DNA of 64,000 nt, from positions 124,001 through 188,000 of IMG/VR virus record IMGVR_UViG_3300020473_001965. One strand, 5' to 3'. Under the pieces are notes generated by a model. It was not told the origin of the DNA and did not search any database. It saw only the letters and a program-made list of their open reading frames with translations. Shown one piece after another: positions 9,201-17,603 of this stretch. Positions within the stretch are counted from its first letter, which is position 1. Each line of letters starts with the position of its first letter. Made by a program: the position numbers and the translations under genes.

Positions 9201-9765
9201 CTTCGCCATGCTCTTGAAGCATATTAAAATCGATTCGTGGGAATCGATAGAATCCATGTTTATAAGCCTTCTTGATCAATGTAAAAAGATTACCAAGGCC
9301 CACTTGGTTTTTAGCGATAACAACCAAGTGATATCTACGCTTCCACTCATCTTTGAGGACATCAATTGTCTTTGTTTCGTCCTCGTCTTCAATGGTGTGC
9401 CCGGTAGCTTTGACATCATCATCAGCGTCGATGTCTGTCACCTCTAAAGCCTTTGCCTCAGACTTGGCGTCTCGGACGGCTTGCCGGTGAGCCTCGTAAT
9501 CGTTCCTCCAGTCAGTCAAAGAAGGTACGAAATAAAACTCACAGCCATAAAGCTGTCGATAATTGCGTCCAGCCTTTTGCAATTTTTCTGTATGTTTCCG
9601 AGCGTGCGCCAATCCTGATCCGTTACCGTGATCAGTTAGGGCCCAGGCATCCATGCCGTTCTCCAAAACAAAATCGATATGATCAGCGGGATAACCCAAG
9701 CCGTCAAAGACCGAAAAACCTGTGTGTGCGTGTAATCCTACAAACCGCTTTGGCTTGATTATCAT
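6235..9765 (-). CDS. dnaE: DNA polymerase III alpha subunit (family C) with PHP domain
   Basis: LHAHTGFS..DG, LTDHG, TADSHY (PHP); GPARGSGGGS, PDIDSD, GRHAGG, KFDFLGL, GVFQF, YRPGP, YGFNKSHA. Confidence 0.95.
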   Translation of the reverse strand: MIIKPKRFVGLHAHTGFSVFDGLGYPADHIDFVLENGMDAWALTDHGNGSGLAHARKHTEKLQKAGRNYRQLYGCEFYFVPSLTDWRNDYEAHRQAVRDAKSEAKALEVTDIDADDDVKATGHTIEDEDETKTIDVLKDEWKRRYHLVVIAKNQVGLGNLFTLIKKAYKHGFYRFPRIDFNMLQEHGEGLVVSTACLGGIYSNRILRGTALKKSEAEIQMELQNLTDRFTQCVGNENFFLELQFNKLDAQHTVNKHLLSLHDSTGVPLVATADSHYYNPNKWEARELYKRLGWMRDNPSPLPEFDNLKCELYPKNAEQMWDEYTLHRDKYDFYKGHDQTISDAIERTHDIAWEMCEDVWIDQSVKLPNFNTPEKSAFDQLLDLVKQGLVDTGLHLKPEYVERTKTEMSDIKYLGFENYFLTMYQVFHKAEDRTLFGPARGSGGGSLVNYLLGITQLDPIPYGLLWDRFLGRHRTSWPDIDSDAGDRDALIDAARELYGDEAVIPVSNFNTLKLKSLVKDISKFYGVDFGEVNKMTGPLQDEVMAQARDENTEKSVFVLQHEDCMKYSKRYRDFMNNYPKVKDHIEALFMQNRSIGRHAGGVIIAPAEDLEKTMPLVSVRGELQTPWTEGMNFRNLEDNGFIKFDFLGLTLLKDVENCIRRILKSEGNEDPTFIDIRDYFDKHLNCRFVTQDDEKVWKHVYHQRRKTGVFQFTAEGARKFCEAAKPTSIEELAALTAIYRPGPLRANVHKKYVRDKKNASKIEYDHPIIEEILGTTFGHITFQEQFMLLAQKLAGFSPGESDKMRKTLVKKSLDTIGKKGAERDALRKKFVEGANQLHGLPEDKMHKLFDRIEFFSVYGFNKSHAVAYAIDSYYAAWLHTYHEKSWLATILQSENNNPKGLEKTIAEIKQMGYKFAPADINYSGDEWAYSDDRNAFVPPLTSVKGVGINAVQEIMATRPYTSLHNLLYDDEGKWKHSKMNKTCFSSLCKINAFSSLEDFATGRINNHRQLYEIIIENYEILRKSMYGMTLRKAMKSSAPPILPELISKTEYVDDWTRSEKLAMHYDLTSTVPRDLLYPGNILDKIEKADIPRLTSLEGSTRTVVWFCIQEIIKKKTKKGKTFFRLRVCDDQNNLSWLRVWGFLPQEAEPFTIWLADVTNDPDWGASTSGAKMKPVVS

Positions 9766-9788
9766 TGAAACTCCATGTTAGTGATAAC

Positions 9789-9817
9789 ATTATATACTGC
9801 GGTTTTGGGTTTTACAA
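9789..9817 (-). promoter_or_regulatory. sigma70-like promoter for the dnaE operon
   Basis: Minus strand TTGTAA-N17-TATAAT in the intergenic gap. Confidence 0.75.
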
Positions 9818-9838
9818 CTATCTCAACTGATAATTTTG

Positions 9839-10618
9839 TCAAGGACCAGAGTTATATTTCTTGACTAATGAATCGTAGAACTTTTTTTCAGGCCCTGTTT
9901 TTCCATTCCAAGGTTTCTTACTTCCTACAAAATGAAAAATTGCATTGCCCGATCTATGATAGTTGGCGTTAGAGTTGTAAATGTAAGGTGCATATAAAAC
10001 ATTGATTTTGTTTTCTACGAAAAATTGTCGCAAAAAAGGCTGATCGTCTGGAATACGTGATGCTTCTGAAATCTGTTTGCGAAGTTTTTGAAATTCTTTT
10101 GTCTTGAAAAACTCAGACTTGAACAAAAGAACGCCCGTATTTACGCCTCCAAAACTAGGATCGGTTGTCTCATACCACACTTTACTTTTTGCCTTTTGCT
10201 CAACACCAGAAATCAAGGCTTCAGAAGCTCGAAACTCACTTAGCCATCTATCGACATCTGTGTGGACGATTACGTCTGCATCGATATACATCATGTAGTC
10301 CGCTGAATGAATAGATGACTTTGTAAACGCGTCGAACCACCAGACATATTTGTCTGATTTCGAAGCTTTGGGTTTAAAGAACTTAGCACGAATTCCTAGC
10401 GACCTGATCTTTGCTTTTTGACTTTCCGTTATGTCGGGTGAAAAAACATAAAAATATAGCATTGCTGCTGTGTTTTTTGACAGAGAAAGAATTGTATTGA
10501 CAGCACCTGGATAGTGATTTTGATCAAAAGCTAGGATCGCACTGACCGCCGGCGTGGTTTGAGTGTCAAATACGCTCGTAAATCCATGATCATATCTTAA
10601 TTCTAACCATGTCGACAT
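9839..10618 (-). CDS. Glycosyltransferase family 8-like
   Basis: AFDQNH, YIDADVIV (DxD), NTGVLL, DDQPFL, YN, FHFVGSKKPW. Confidence 0.82.
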   Translation of the reverse strand: MSTWLELRYDHGFTSVFDTQTTPAVSAILAFDQNHYPGAVNTILSLSKNTAAMLYFYVFSPDITESQKAKIRSLGIRAKFFKPKASKSDKYVWWFDAFTKSSIHSADYMMYIDADVIVHTDVDRWLSEFRASEALISGVEQKAKSKVWYETTDPSFGGVNTGVLLFKSEFFKTKEFQKLRKQISEASRIPDDQPFLRQFFVENKINVLYAPYIYNSNANYHRSGNAIFHFVGSKKPWNGKTGPEKKFYDSLVKKYNSGP

Positions 10619-10620
10619 TG

Positions 10621-10929
10621 CTATTGTTCTGAGTTATATCTTGATCTCGCATCCAAAAGAAGTTTTATTGACTCATACAAGCCCTTGTCTGAATTTCGAT
10701 CTGCCGTATACAGTGTATAAATTCTATCAACGAGTGTTACCATCTCTCCAAACGCTTCTGAGTTACTTAAAGACTTAAACTTCTTGTCAAAAGCTTTCTC
10801 TCTTTTTTCTAACTCTTTTGTTCTCTCGTTAAGACTTGCCACGTCTTGATCGTACTGATCGCAGCGCTCCTTCAGGTCACGCTCCATCGCTACAAGTTTT
10901 TCAATTTTCTGTTTTTCGGTTTCTGCCAT
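10621..10929 (-). CDS. Hypothetical coiled-coil protein
   Basis: Heptad-like charged helix; tightly packed with its neighbours. Confidence 0.6.
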   Translation of the reverse strand: MAETEKQKIEKLVAMERDLKERCDQYDQDVASLNERTKELEKREKAFDKKFKSLSNSEAFGEMVTLVDRIYTLYTADRNSDKGLYESIKLLLDARSRYNSEQ

Positions 10930-10932
10930 GTT

Positions 10933-11214
10933 CTAATCCTCCGTATCTCCAAAAAGAACTCTAACTCTATCAAAAAATGTCACTTCAAATCCGGGTGGAA
11001 GAAACATTTCTTGTCCAGACATTGTAATCACAGAAAGAGGTTCTGTTAACACGACCTTCTCTGAATGAGGTTCTGGAAAAATATCGTATATGTGTATCTT
11101 GCCTTCTAAAACATTTTCAATTCTAAGAATGAGCTCCTTAGCATGTACTTCATACGTGAAATAAAAAGTCAGCCTGGTCTTCTCATTTTCTGCAAAGTAC
11201 CTGTAGATGTCCAT
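10933..11214 (-). CDS. Hypothetical protein
   Basis: ORF packed between neighbours on the coding strand. Confidence 0.55.
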   Translation of the reverse strand: MDIYRYFAENEKTRLTFYFTYEVHAKELILRIENVLEGKIHIYDIFPEPHSEKVVLTEPLSVITMSGQEMFLPPGFEVTFFDRVRVLFGDTED

Positions 11215-11218
11215 TCAC

Positions 11219-12601
11219 TCACTTTATTCCTAGTCTAGATGACCACTTAACCCTTATGCGGTCAATCATGGCTTCTATATCCTTTGCAACAAATCCTTTG
11301 GCTGCAGCCCTGTCTCTTATTGTACTCATGTCAACTGATAATAGTTCAGACGGATCCTGGCCGGTTCTTCTAGCTCTTCCTAAAATTCCTGCGCTGTGTC
11401 CGCGGACTTCTGCGTCGCAACCATAGTATTTTTCAATATTTTTTATGCTGTCCCACCGTGTTGTTGGATCTCCACAGTCATCACTTGATAGAGTTTCTGT
11501 ATCGTCGCAACTATGTTGAATTTCATGAGATAACGCATCTGCTAACTCGGCGGACAGCCAGTCTTGAAAACCTTCAATTGTCGGATATGATCTTGGAATA
11601 TCTAGTGTCAACACAAGATTAGACTTTGATCGATCTTCAATCACACAGACGTAAGCAGCCTCTACGTTGGCAGAGCCGTCATCGGTGACTGCTATGCCTA
11701 AGTGTACTTCATTGATGTTTTTAAATTCGTCAAATATGCTTGTGGGTAAAACAAGCGTCGCTTCAACTCCAGCCGATAATTTTTGAAGCTCATCAAACGT
11801 GCTTCTCGTAAAAAGAAAAGAAAATATGGCGTCTTCTAAATCATCAACGTATTGAGTCATATCAGGATCACCTGATGCTGCTTCTATCAAAAGGCCTCTT
11901 ACATACTCTCTTATGATTGATTCGTTCATAGCATCCTTTCCCCATGACGAATGAGAAAGCCATGCACGCTGTGTTTCTTCAGCTTCTTTTCGTGTCATCT
12001 TTCGCGCCTTTACCTGATTATCTAAATATATCGACATCAACTCTTTTACTGGTCGGCCAGTAGCATATGATTCTCCCCGGAAGCCAACGACAAATGCTGG
12101 AACCTCACAAGACGAAGTAAAATAATGAAACGCACTCTTTGAAGATGAGTTCGTCAAAGGGCAAGAAACTCTTTGAAAAGGTTGATCTTTCTGAGTCAGG
12201 TGGTGCATCTCATGTGGCACAACATTGTACAACTCGATTCTTAGTTTTTCAAGTACTTCAGAATCACCTAGTTTTTCTGGTGACAACTGAATGTCTATGT
12301 CGATTCTTGCTTCGGAGCTCTCAGTGAAACCTGCCTCACCATCGATATTCCACCCTGGATGACCTTCATCAAACTGATCAGTTCTTACTTTTACTTCTAT
12401 CTCATACAGGGCATACCCGACATCTTCCCACAAATCAAACCAAACGTCAGGGTCGATTGGGTAGTCCCAGACATATTGAAACGTTTTTTGACCTGGCTTT
12501 TTTAGCTTTGAAATAAAGCTCAGAATGTCTTTGATGACAGGGGCTGCAGCGTCTTGATAAAAGAAATCTTCTTGATCGAGACCTATTACTCGAGATTCCA
12601 T
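11219..12601 (-). CDS. Protein with two tandem HExxH (zincin-like) domains
   Basis: HEMHH..Q...CEVPA in domain 1 and HEIQH...AEVRG in domain 2, joined by MNESIIREYVRGLLIE. Likely start ATG at 12601 (GAGGG RBS). Confidence 0.65.
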   Translation of the reverse strand: MESRVIGLDQEDFFYQDAAAPVIKDILSFISKLKKPGQKTFQYVWDYPIDPDVWFDLWEDVGYALYEIEVKVRTDQFDEGHPGWNIDGEAGFTESSEARIDIDIQLSPEKLGDSEVLEKLRIELYNVVPHEMHHLTQKDQPFQRVSCPLTNSSSKSAFHYFTSSCEVPAFVVGFRGESYATGRPVKELMSIYLDNQVKARKMTRKEAEETQRAWLSHSSWGKDAMNESIIREYVRGLLIEAASGDPDMTQYVDDLEDAIFSFLFTRSTFDELQKLSAGVEATLVLPTSIFDEFKNINEVHLGIAVTDDGSANVEAAYVCVIEDRSKSNLVLTLDIPRSYPTIEGFQDWLSAELADALSHEIQHSCDDTETLSSDDCGDPTTRWDSIKNIEKYYGCDAEVRGHSAGILGRARRTGQDPSELLSVDMSTIRDRAAAKGFVAKDIEAMIDRIRVKWSSRLGIK

Positions 12602-12636
12602 AACTGCACCCTCACATAGCAATAAATATCACGCTA

Positions 12637-13611
12637 CTAGTAATAATCTGTCAGGTCAACACCCTTTTCTTTTGCGTCATTAAGGTGAATCAGGGGGTCA
12701 TAAGTGCCTGAATCGGACGTGATTGTTCGCAAACTTGAAGCGATCCCAGACTCCAAAGTAATGTAAGGTCGCCACCCTGAGGCTTCTCTAAACTTTGCAC
12801 TAGACAGAATATGATTGCCCAGATAATCCGTTTCAGGGTGCCACTTGATTATGCTGGAAACATCTTTCCCCACTATGCTTGAAAGCATCTCAACAATGCC
12901 CCCGGTGTTATAAGGCGTTTCAGCAGCTACATTATAATCAGCTCCAAACATACCCTTGACACAACTCATGAAGACTGCATTACAAAAATCAGAGACATGC
13001 ATGTAGTCCTTAGTCTTGTTAGGATTTAAAAACATGTCAAGCGAATTAACGTCATTAAGAGCTGAGTATATTGTCTTTGCTATCAAAGAGTTCATGTCGC
13101 CGGCGCCGCCGTATGCAAAAAGAGGTCGCATAATCACCCAGTCTCGAGCTGTGCTTCTTACGATCTGTTCTCCGGCTAGCTTCTGAACGCCATAAAAAGT
13201 TCTAGGGTTTAGGTCTGAATCCTCGAAGATTGGTCTGTCTTGATACTTTTCTGTATCATAGATTACTGTGGTACCCATATAACAAACTGGGACGTTTGCT
13301 TTTCTTGCCGCCCTTGCAATATTATGTGTCCCCATCACGTTACTAAGAGAAGAATCCTCAGCATTCAGTGCGACGACATCTGTTCCAACAACAGCGGCGT
13401 TATGAACGATTACATCGATACCTCTATTTGAAAGAACACTCGACCATACATCTTCAGTGTTTCCCCACACACAAGGTTCGTTTGTCTTGTGTCGTCTAAC
13501 AGCCAGATCCTCATCATCCATTAGTGAAACAAATTCATGATCAGTCGTTTGTATCAATCTCCCTAGATTGTCTCCGATGAATCCGCGTTCGCCTGTAATT
13601 GCAATTTTCAT
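12637..13611 (-). CDS. NAD-dependent NDP-sugar epimerase/dehydratase/reductase (second extended SDR)
   Basis: ITGERGFIG, HNAA, NVMGT, YGVQK, KDYMHV.D. The ATG at 13611 overlaps the upstream TGA. Confidence 0.85.
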   Translation of the reverse strand: MKIAITGERGFIGDNLGRLIQTTDHEFVSLMDDEDLAVRRHKTNEPCVWGNTEDVWSSVLSNRGIDVIVHNAAVVGTDVVALNAEDSSLSNVMGTHNIARAARKANVPVCYMGTTVIYDTEKYQDRPIFEDSDLNPRTFYGVQKLAGEQIVRSTARDWVIMRPLFAYGGAGDMNSLIAKTIYSALNDVNSLDMFLNPNKTKDYMHVSDFCNAVFMSCVKGMFGADYNVAAETPYNTGGIVEMLSSIVGKDVSSIIKWHPETDYLGNHILSSAKFREASGWRPYITLESGIASSLRTITSDSGTYDPLIHLNDAKEKGVDLTDYY

Positions 13612-13871
13612 ATACTTGAAATCCTCTCTATGATTGCCAAAGACCACGTATTAGAATTTGGGCTTGGCACATAATCGTATAGCACATGAGGTGCTACTTC
13701 ATCATACGTGTCTAGCTCAAAATTTTCTATTAGATAGACGATTCCTTTTGTGGCCTTGCTGGCTTTTTTGTTTGAGTAATCTTTTTCACATGCCTCTTTG
13801 GCAAGATCTAGATGTGAATACACACCTATTGATTCATTCTTTTCTAAGATAACTCTGCTGACTAAAAACAT
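13608..13871 (-). CDS. Hypothetical protein
   Basis: ORF with AGGG RBS, translationally coupled to the downstream SDR; IGVYS..LA motif common in small phage proteins. Confidence 0.55.
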   Translation of the reverse strand: MFLVSRVILEKNESIGVYSHLDLAKEACEKDYSNKKASKATKGIVYLIENFELDTYDEVAPHVLYDYVPSPNSNTWSLAIIERISSI

Positions 13872-13913
13872 TTGTGTTCCCTTGTTTAAAGATACTCAGC
13901 AATTCTATTTTTT

Positions 13914-14477
13914 TTAAGTTAATCTAAATTCTTTTAAAATATTTTTAATGTACGAAAATAGCAAGCCTTCATTTACAAGATGCGACACAACTTTAACATT
14001 ATCGCTTTTTAGTTGTTCAATCGCAACAATGTTATTTGGACTATCTTCCCAGAGATATACTACGTCGGCATTTAGTTTCTCAACATATTCAAGAGCCTTG
14101 ACATACTTGGCTCGAGGATCGGAACTTCCTACTGCTTCGATTTTTGGCATAGGATTGACGCCATAATCAGAAAGAAACTTTGCAACAGGAGCTGGATTCG
14201 CCCTTGCAGTCAATACTATAACTCTTTCCGACCCATGCTGTTTTAAAGCACTTTCCATTTTTGACCATACAGACTTAATAATAGAAGCGTCAGGTGGATA
14301 GACATCAAACTCAGCAAAGTCAAGAACATCACCTGGCTGACTTAGAGATCGTTCATAATCTCTATACTGTCTAGAGGTTACGTACTCTGTCTCACCTGAC
14401 TTTCTATTAATGATCACTTTAGCGCCTGAGTCTACTAAGGTGTCATCAAAATCAAATATGTAAAATGGGCTTTCCAT
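13914..14477 (-). CDS. HAD-superfamily phosphatase
   Basis: IFDFDDTL (motif I), VLTAR (II), K (III), WEDSPNN (IV). Confidence 0.8.
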   Translation of the reverse strand: MESPFYIFDFDDTLVDSGAKVIINRKSGETEYVTSRQYRDYERSLSQPGDVLDFAEFDVYPPDASIIKSVWSKMESALKQHGSERVIVLTARANPAPVAKFLSDYGVNPMPKIEAVGSSDPRAKYVKALEYVEKLNADVVYLWEDSPNNIVAIEQLKSDNVKVVSHLVNEGLLFSYIKNILKEFRLT

Positions 14478-14522
14478 GAAATAACTACTTACCAAAAGAT
14501 AAGTATGTATTTGATTGATTAT

Positions 14523-14972
14523 TTACTCGATCTCTTGATCATAAGGTTCTTCAATCAAATAACCAGTCGAATGAACTCTGTCCAAATAATCTTCAAGTTG
14601 CTCAAAAGTTGTACATACCTTTATACCGCTTCTTGCTAGCATCAAGTTAAACTTTGCCCCTTCTGGGAGGCCTTGACAAAAGTACACGATCGGAACATTC
14701 TTAGCGTAGGCATAGCCGGCTTCCCATATGGTTCCGATATCCTTGTCTCTAGTATTGACAATCAAGAAATCTGATGTTTCGATATGATACAAGTTCCCTG
14801 CGAAGGTTTCATCCTGGGTCTCTTTTGGTGCATTCGGAGGGCAAACAAAAATCTTTCTTGGGCTTGCAAGGTCGATCCACTTTCGACTCTCACAAATCTC
14901 TTCAAGCCTTGTTAGCTCTTCTGCTTGAGTAGGATTGAACCACCCAGATGCCAAATAAATCTTCTTTTCCAT
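14523..14972 (-). CDS. Nucleoside 2-deoxyribosyltransferase / nucleotide N-hydrolase (NDT, DNPH1/Rcl, MilB family)
   Basis: KIYLASGWF, D.GTIWEAGYAYA (catalytic Glu), FNLML. Confidence 0.85.
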   Translation of the reverse strand: MEKKIYLASGWFNPTQAEELTRLEEICESRKWIDLASPRKIFVCPPNAPKETQDETFAGNLYHIETSDFLIVNTRDKDIGTIWEAGYAYAKNVPIVYFCQGLPEGAKFNLMLARSGIKVCTTFEQLEDYLDRVHSTGYLIEEPYDQEIE

Positions 14973-14974
14973 TT

Positions 14975-15958
14975 TTACTTCTCCATCTTTTTTTGATAAT
15001 CAGACTCAAGATCTGAAATTTGCTCTAGTAAATTGTTCCACTGTTGTCTAAACTTCGTGTTTCCGTCTGCTTCTTCAGTAGGCGGGTTAGTACCATTAAG
15101 ATCATAACGATAAGCTTGGTAAATTGTATCATTCGGATGATATTCAATATGCTGGTCGCTGTCATCATCAGGCCAGTAAAGATTAGTCCCCGTTCCTGCC
15201 CTTACATTTTTAATATAGTGCCATGCCGGACTGGTAAGCGCTTTTGTACCAATGACAGTACTAGCCTCAGGCAAGACCTTGATTATAGCCAGTGCCATCT
15301 TTGCAGCAATAAGATTATCAATTGCAGGTTGAATCTGCTTGTCTGATCTTTGCTTAACAAATCCGATAATATCTTTGAGATTGAACCTGCCATAGTAAAA
15401 TGTGGAGAGGCACTTTGGAAGAATAGTTCTCGCATCCATCATAGAAATTTGACGAGTGTCAACCATATCTGCGTAAAGTTTCTTTGAGTCCTCAACATGT
15501 CGCTTCCATCTGCGATAAAGCTCTGGACTGTTCTCAACAGAGCTTGGTACAAGACAGGGCTCATGGTGAAGAAATCTATCACCTGTACACTGGGCTGCAA
15601 AAGATCCTGCACGATGGCGGATGAGATGCGTTACGGTCTGTAGGTCGATTCCGCTGAACTTGAAGGTGAAGCTAAAAATCTCCATTGGCGTTGGAAGCGC
15701 TCTAAAATTTAGAACGTCCTCGAGATTTTCGCTTAGCTCATAAGTTGATGCAGATGATGGATCAGTGTACTCTGGCGTATCCGCCCAAGTTGCTTTAACA
15801 TAGCGCCAAGCAACTTCTCTCATTTGTTCAGCAGTTGGGTGATCGACAAGTTCAACTTCTAGACCTTCAAGGTCGTTAAGAAAATCAGTCGTTGGCTCTT
15901 CGTCAAATCGAAGAGTCATAGGTAGTTCTACAGGTGTTAGATCGTTATTTTGAGGCAA
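14975..15958 (-). CDS. Divergent ThyX-fold (flavin-dependent thymidylate synthase-like) protein
   Basis: TPME.FSFTF, HLIRHRAGSF, DARTILP, RFNLK...FVKQR. The canonical RHRx7S Ser is Cys here. Confidence 0.8.
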   Translation of the reverse strand: MPQNNDLTPVELPMTLRFDEEPTTDFLNDLEGLEVELVDHPTAEQMREVAWRYVKATWADTPEYTDPSSASTYELSENLEDVLNFRALPTPMEIFSFTFKFSGIDLQTVTHLIRHRAGSFAAQCTGDRFLHHEPCLVPSSVENSPELYRRWKRHVEDSKKLYADMVDTRQISMMDARTILPKCLSTFYYGRFNLKDIIGFVKQRSDKQIQPAIDNLIAAKMALAIIKVLPEASTVIGTKALTSPAWHYIKNVRAGTGTNLYWPDDDSDQHIEYHPNDTIYQAYRYDLNGTNPPTEEADGNTKFRQQWNNLLEQISDLESDYQKKMEK

Positions 15959-15978
15959 TTTTTTTCTCCTTAGATAGT

Positions 15979-16007
15979 ATAATACGGCCTGCTTTGTCTT
16001 TGTACAA
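15979..16007 (-). promoter_or_regulatory. sigma70-like promoter for thyX-like and NDT genes
   Basis: TTGTAC-N17-TATTAT followed by an AAGGAG RBS. Confidence 0.7.
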
Positions 16008-16008
16008 G

Positions 16009-16413
16009 CTAATATCCAGTATTGATTCTGTCATGAATGATCCCATCTTTTTCTTTGTAAGCACTGTAAAGATCATTTGAATCAAACCCTACAAGAATCA
16101 ATAACGAAAAGAAGTAGTTAAAAGCATCTACTACCTCTTCGAGAAAAGCACTTCTATCAAAATCAGTTACTTGAGTTGATCTGTGCGGTTTCCAGTTCTT
16201 TAAATGTTGGAGTGCTTCAAACATCTCTTCGACACCTCTTAGTGCGATATCGCGAACATATTGTTGATCTTCTCTCGTCTTTAGATCAAGAGGCCAAACA
16301 GGAGATATTTCCGGATTTTTTGATTGTAATGCTTTCATAAATGCCTCTCTCATTTGAAACATTTCTAAAAGTTTGTCATCACCACTGGTCGACATCAGCT
16401 TGTTCCTCATCAT
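16009..16413 (-). CDS. All-alpha NTP pyrophosphatase (dimeric dUTPase / T4 gp56 dCTPase / MazG-like)
   Basis: EEMFEA...KNWKPH...EEVVDAFNY...Y..K...I..R..GY. Confidence 0.8.
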   Translation of the reverse strand: MMRNKLMSTSGDDKLLEMFQMREAFMKALQSKNPEISPVWPLDLKTREDQQYVRDIALRGVEEMFEALQHLKNWKPHRSTQVTDFDRSAFLEEVVDAFNYFFSLLILVGFDSNDLYSAYKEKDGIIHDRINTGY

Positions 16414-16765
16414 TAGTCACCTCGGATTCAGAATCTTCTTCTGTGTCGTCTTGAAGAGCACTAATTATTTCATCATTTATATTAGTCATCATTTTTCTAG
16501 CATTTTCAATATCTTTTTCTGTCATTTCTTCGCCATCTGCTAGAGCTTCCTCTTTAGCTCTCTGCAACTGAATCTCTGTCATCATCTCGTTCAAAGACTT
16601 GTCAAAAATCTCTAAGCATACTGGGTGGAGTGTCAAGACTCCATCATCAGACTTCAGTCGCATCATCCTTAAGTTGTCAACTACGTCTGTTCCTGTCAAG
16701 AGTGCTACTTGCAATACCTTTGCAACATGTCCTATTACATCATCTGACATTTTCAATTGTTCCAT
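16379..16765 (-). CDS. Hypothetical protein with acidic C-terminus
   Basis: AGGAG RBS before the ATG at 16765; LQVALLTGTDVVDNLR core. Confidence 0.6.
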   Translation of the reverse strand: MEQLKMSDDVIGHVAKVLQVALLTGTDVVDNLRMMRLKSDDGVLTLHPVCLEIFDKSLNEMMTEIQLQRAKEEALADGEEMTEKDIENARKMMTNINDEIISALQDDTEEDSESEVTNDEEQADVDQW

Positions 16766-16773
16766 TTTTTCTC

Positions 16774-17577
16774 CTATGATTGTCTTTTTGGTGACCAAAA
16801 TGTTGATCTTCCGTCTTTAGTTTTTTCTTTCACAACTTCGTTGCCATCTAGATCAACTTTTCTATTATATACTAAAAACTTTGATCCGTATTCCCCTAAA
16901 TTTCCATCAAATTGCTTATATGATTTAAGCGTCGCACCGCCAGATTGAAAACTTGTGACCATTACTTCTCTAACAGCATCGTTGAGCTTCACCAACTCCC
17001 GGTCTGAGATTTCTTCAACCTTTCTATGAGGTGAAATCTCTGCTAGCCAAAGTGCATCAGACTTTATATAATTTCCAACACCAGCGACAACAGACTGGTC
17101 CATTAAAGCTTGTACGACTAGCTTGGCATCTTGTGTCCTCATCTGTTGAACAAATAAGTGGTCCGGACATTTTTCGCTTAATAGATCTGGCCCTAATGAC
17201 TTTAACTTTTCAATCAATGGCTGGGGACCTTTTACAAACTTCATTGTTCCAAAATTTCTAATATCATTGTAGTATATCATTTCATCATCAACTACAAACT
17301 TAAATCTTGTATGCTTGTTAGGGTGGATTGACCACTCGCCTGTCATTCCTAGTGTTGACCAAATTGACCAGGTCCCTTCTAAGAGCCAGTACATAAACTT
17401 ACCGTGAACTCCTGTCCCAAGAACATGTAGCGGTAATTCTTCTTCAAATATATCAGCACCATCCGGAGATTTCTTTGTGTACCTCCCAGAGACAACTGAT
17501 ACTGAATTCAAAGTTTTTCCCGTCACTGCCCTTGAAAGATCTAATGCATATCTTCTTACTTCTGGTCCTTCTGGCAT
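16774..17577 (-). CDS. Fpg/Nei family DNA glycosylase/AP lyase (Nei-type, zincless finger)
   Basis: N-terminal MPEGPEV, HGK, LGMTG, D.RNFG, LGPD, LMDQ..VAGVGNYI (H2TH), C-terminal GRSTFW without Cys ligands. Confidence 0.92.
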   Translation of the reverse strand: MPEGPEVRRYALDLSRAVTGKTLNSVSVVSGRYTKKSPDGADIFEEELPLHVLGTGVHGKFMYWLLEGTWSIWSTLGMTGEWSIHPNKHTRFKFVVDDEMIYYNDIRNFGTMKFVKGPQPLIEKLKSLGPDLLSEKCPDHLFVQQMRTQDAKLVVQALMDQSVVAGVGNYIKSDALWLAEISPHRKVEEISDRELVKLNDAVREVMVTSFQSGGATLKSYKQFDGNLGEYGSKFLVYNRKVDLDGNEVVKEKTKDGRSTFWSPKRQS

Positions 17578-17603
17578 TTTTGAACTTTATCTCCTACTTG
17601 TGT

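Noticed and set aside
14975-15958. Assigning the gene symbol thyX as a routine thymidylate synthase
   Set aside because: The fold is supported, but several conserved folate- and dUMP-binding residues are substituted, so the symbol was withheld.
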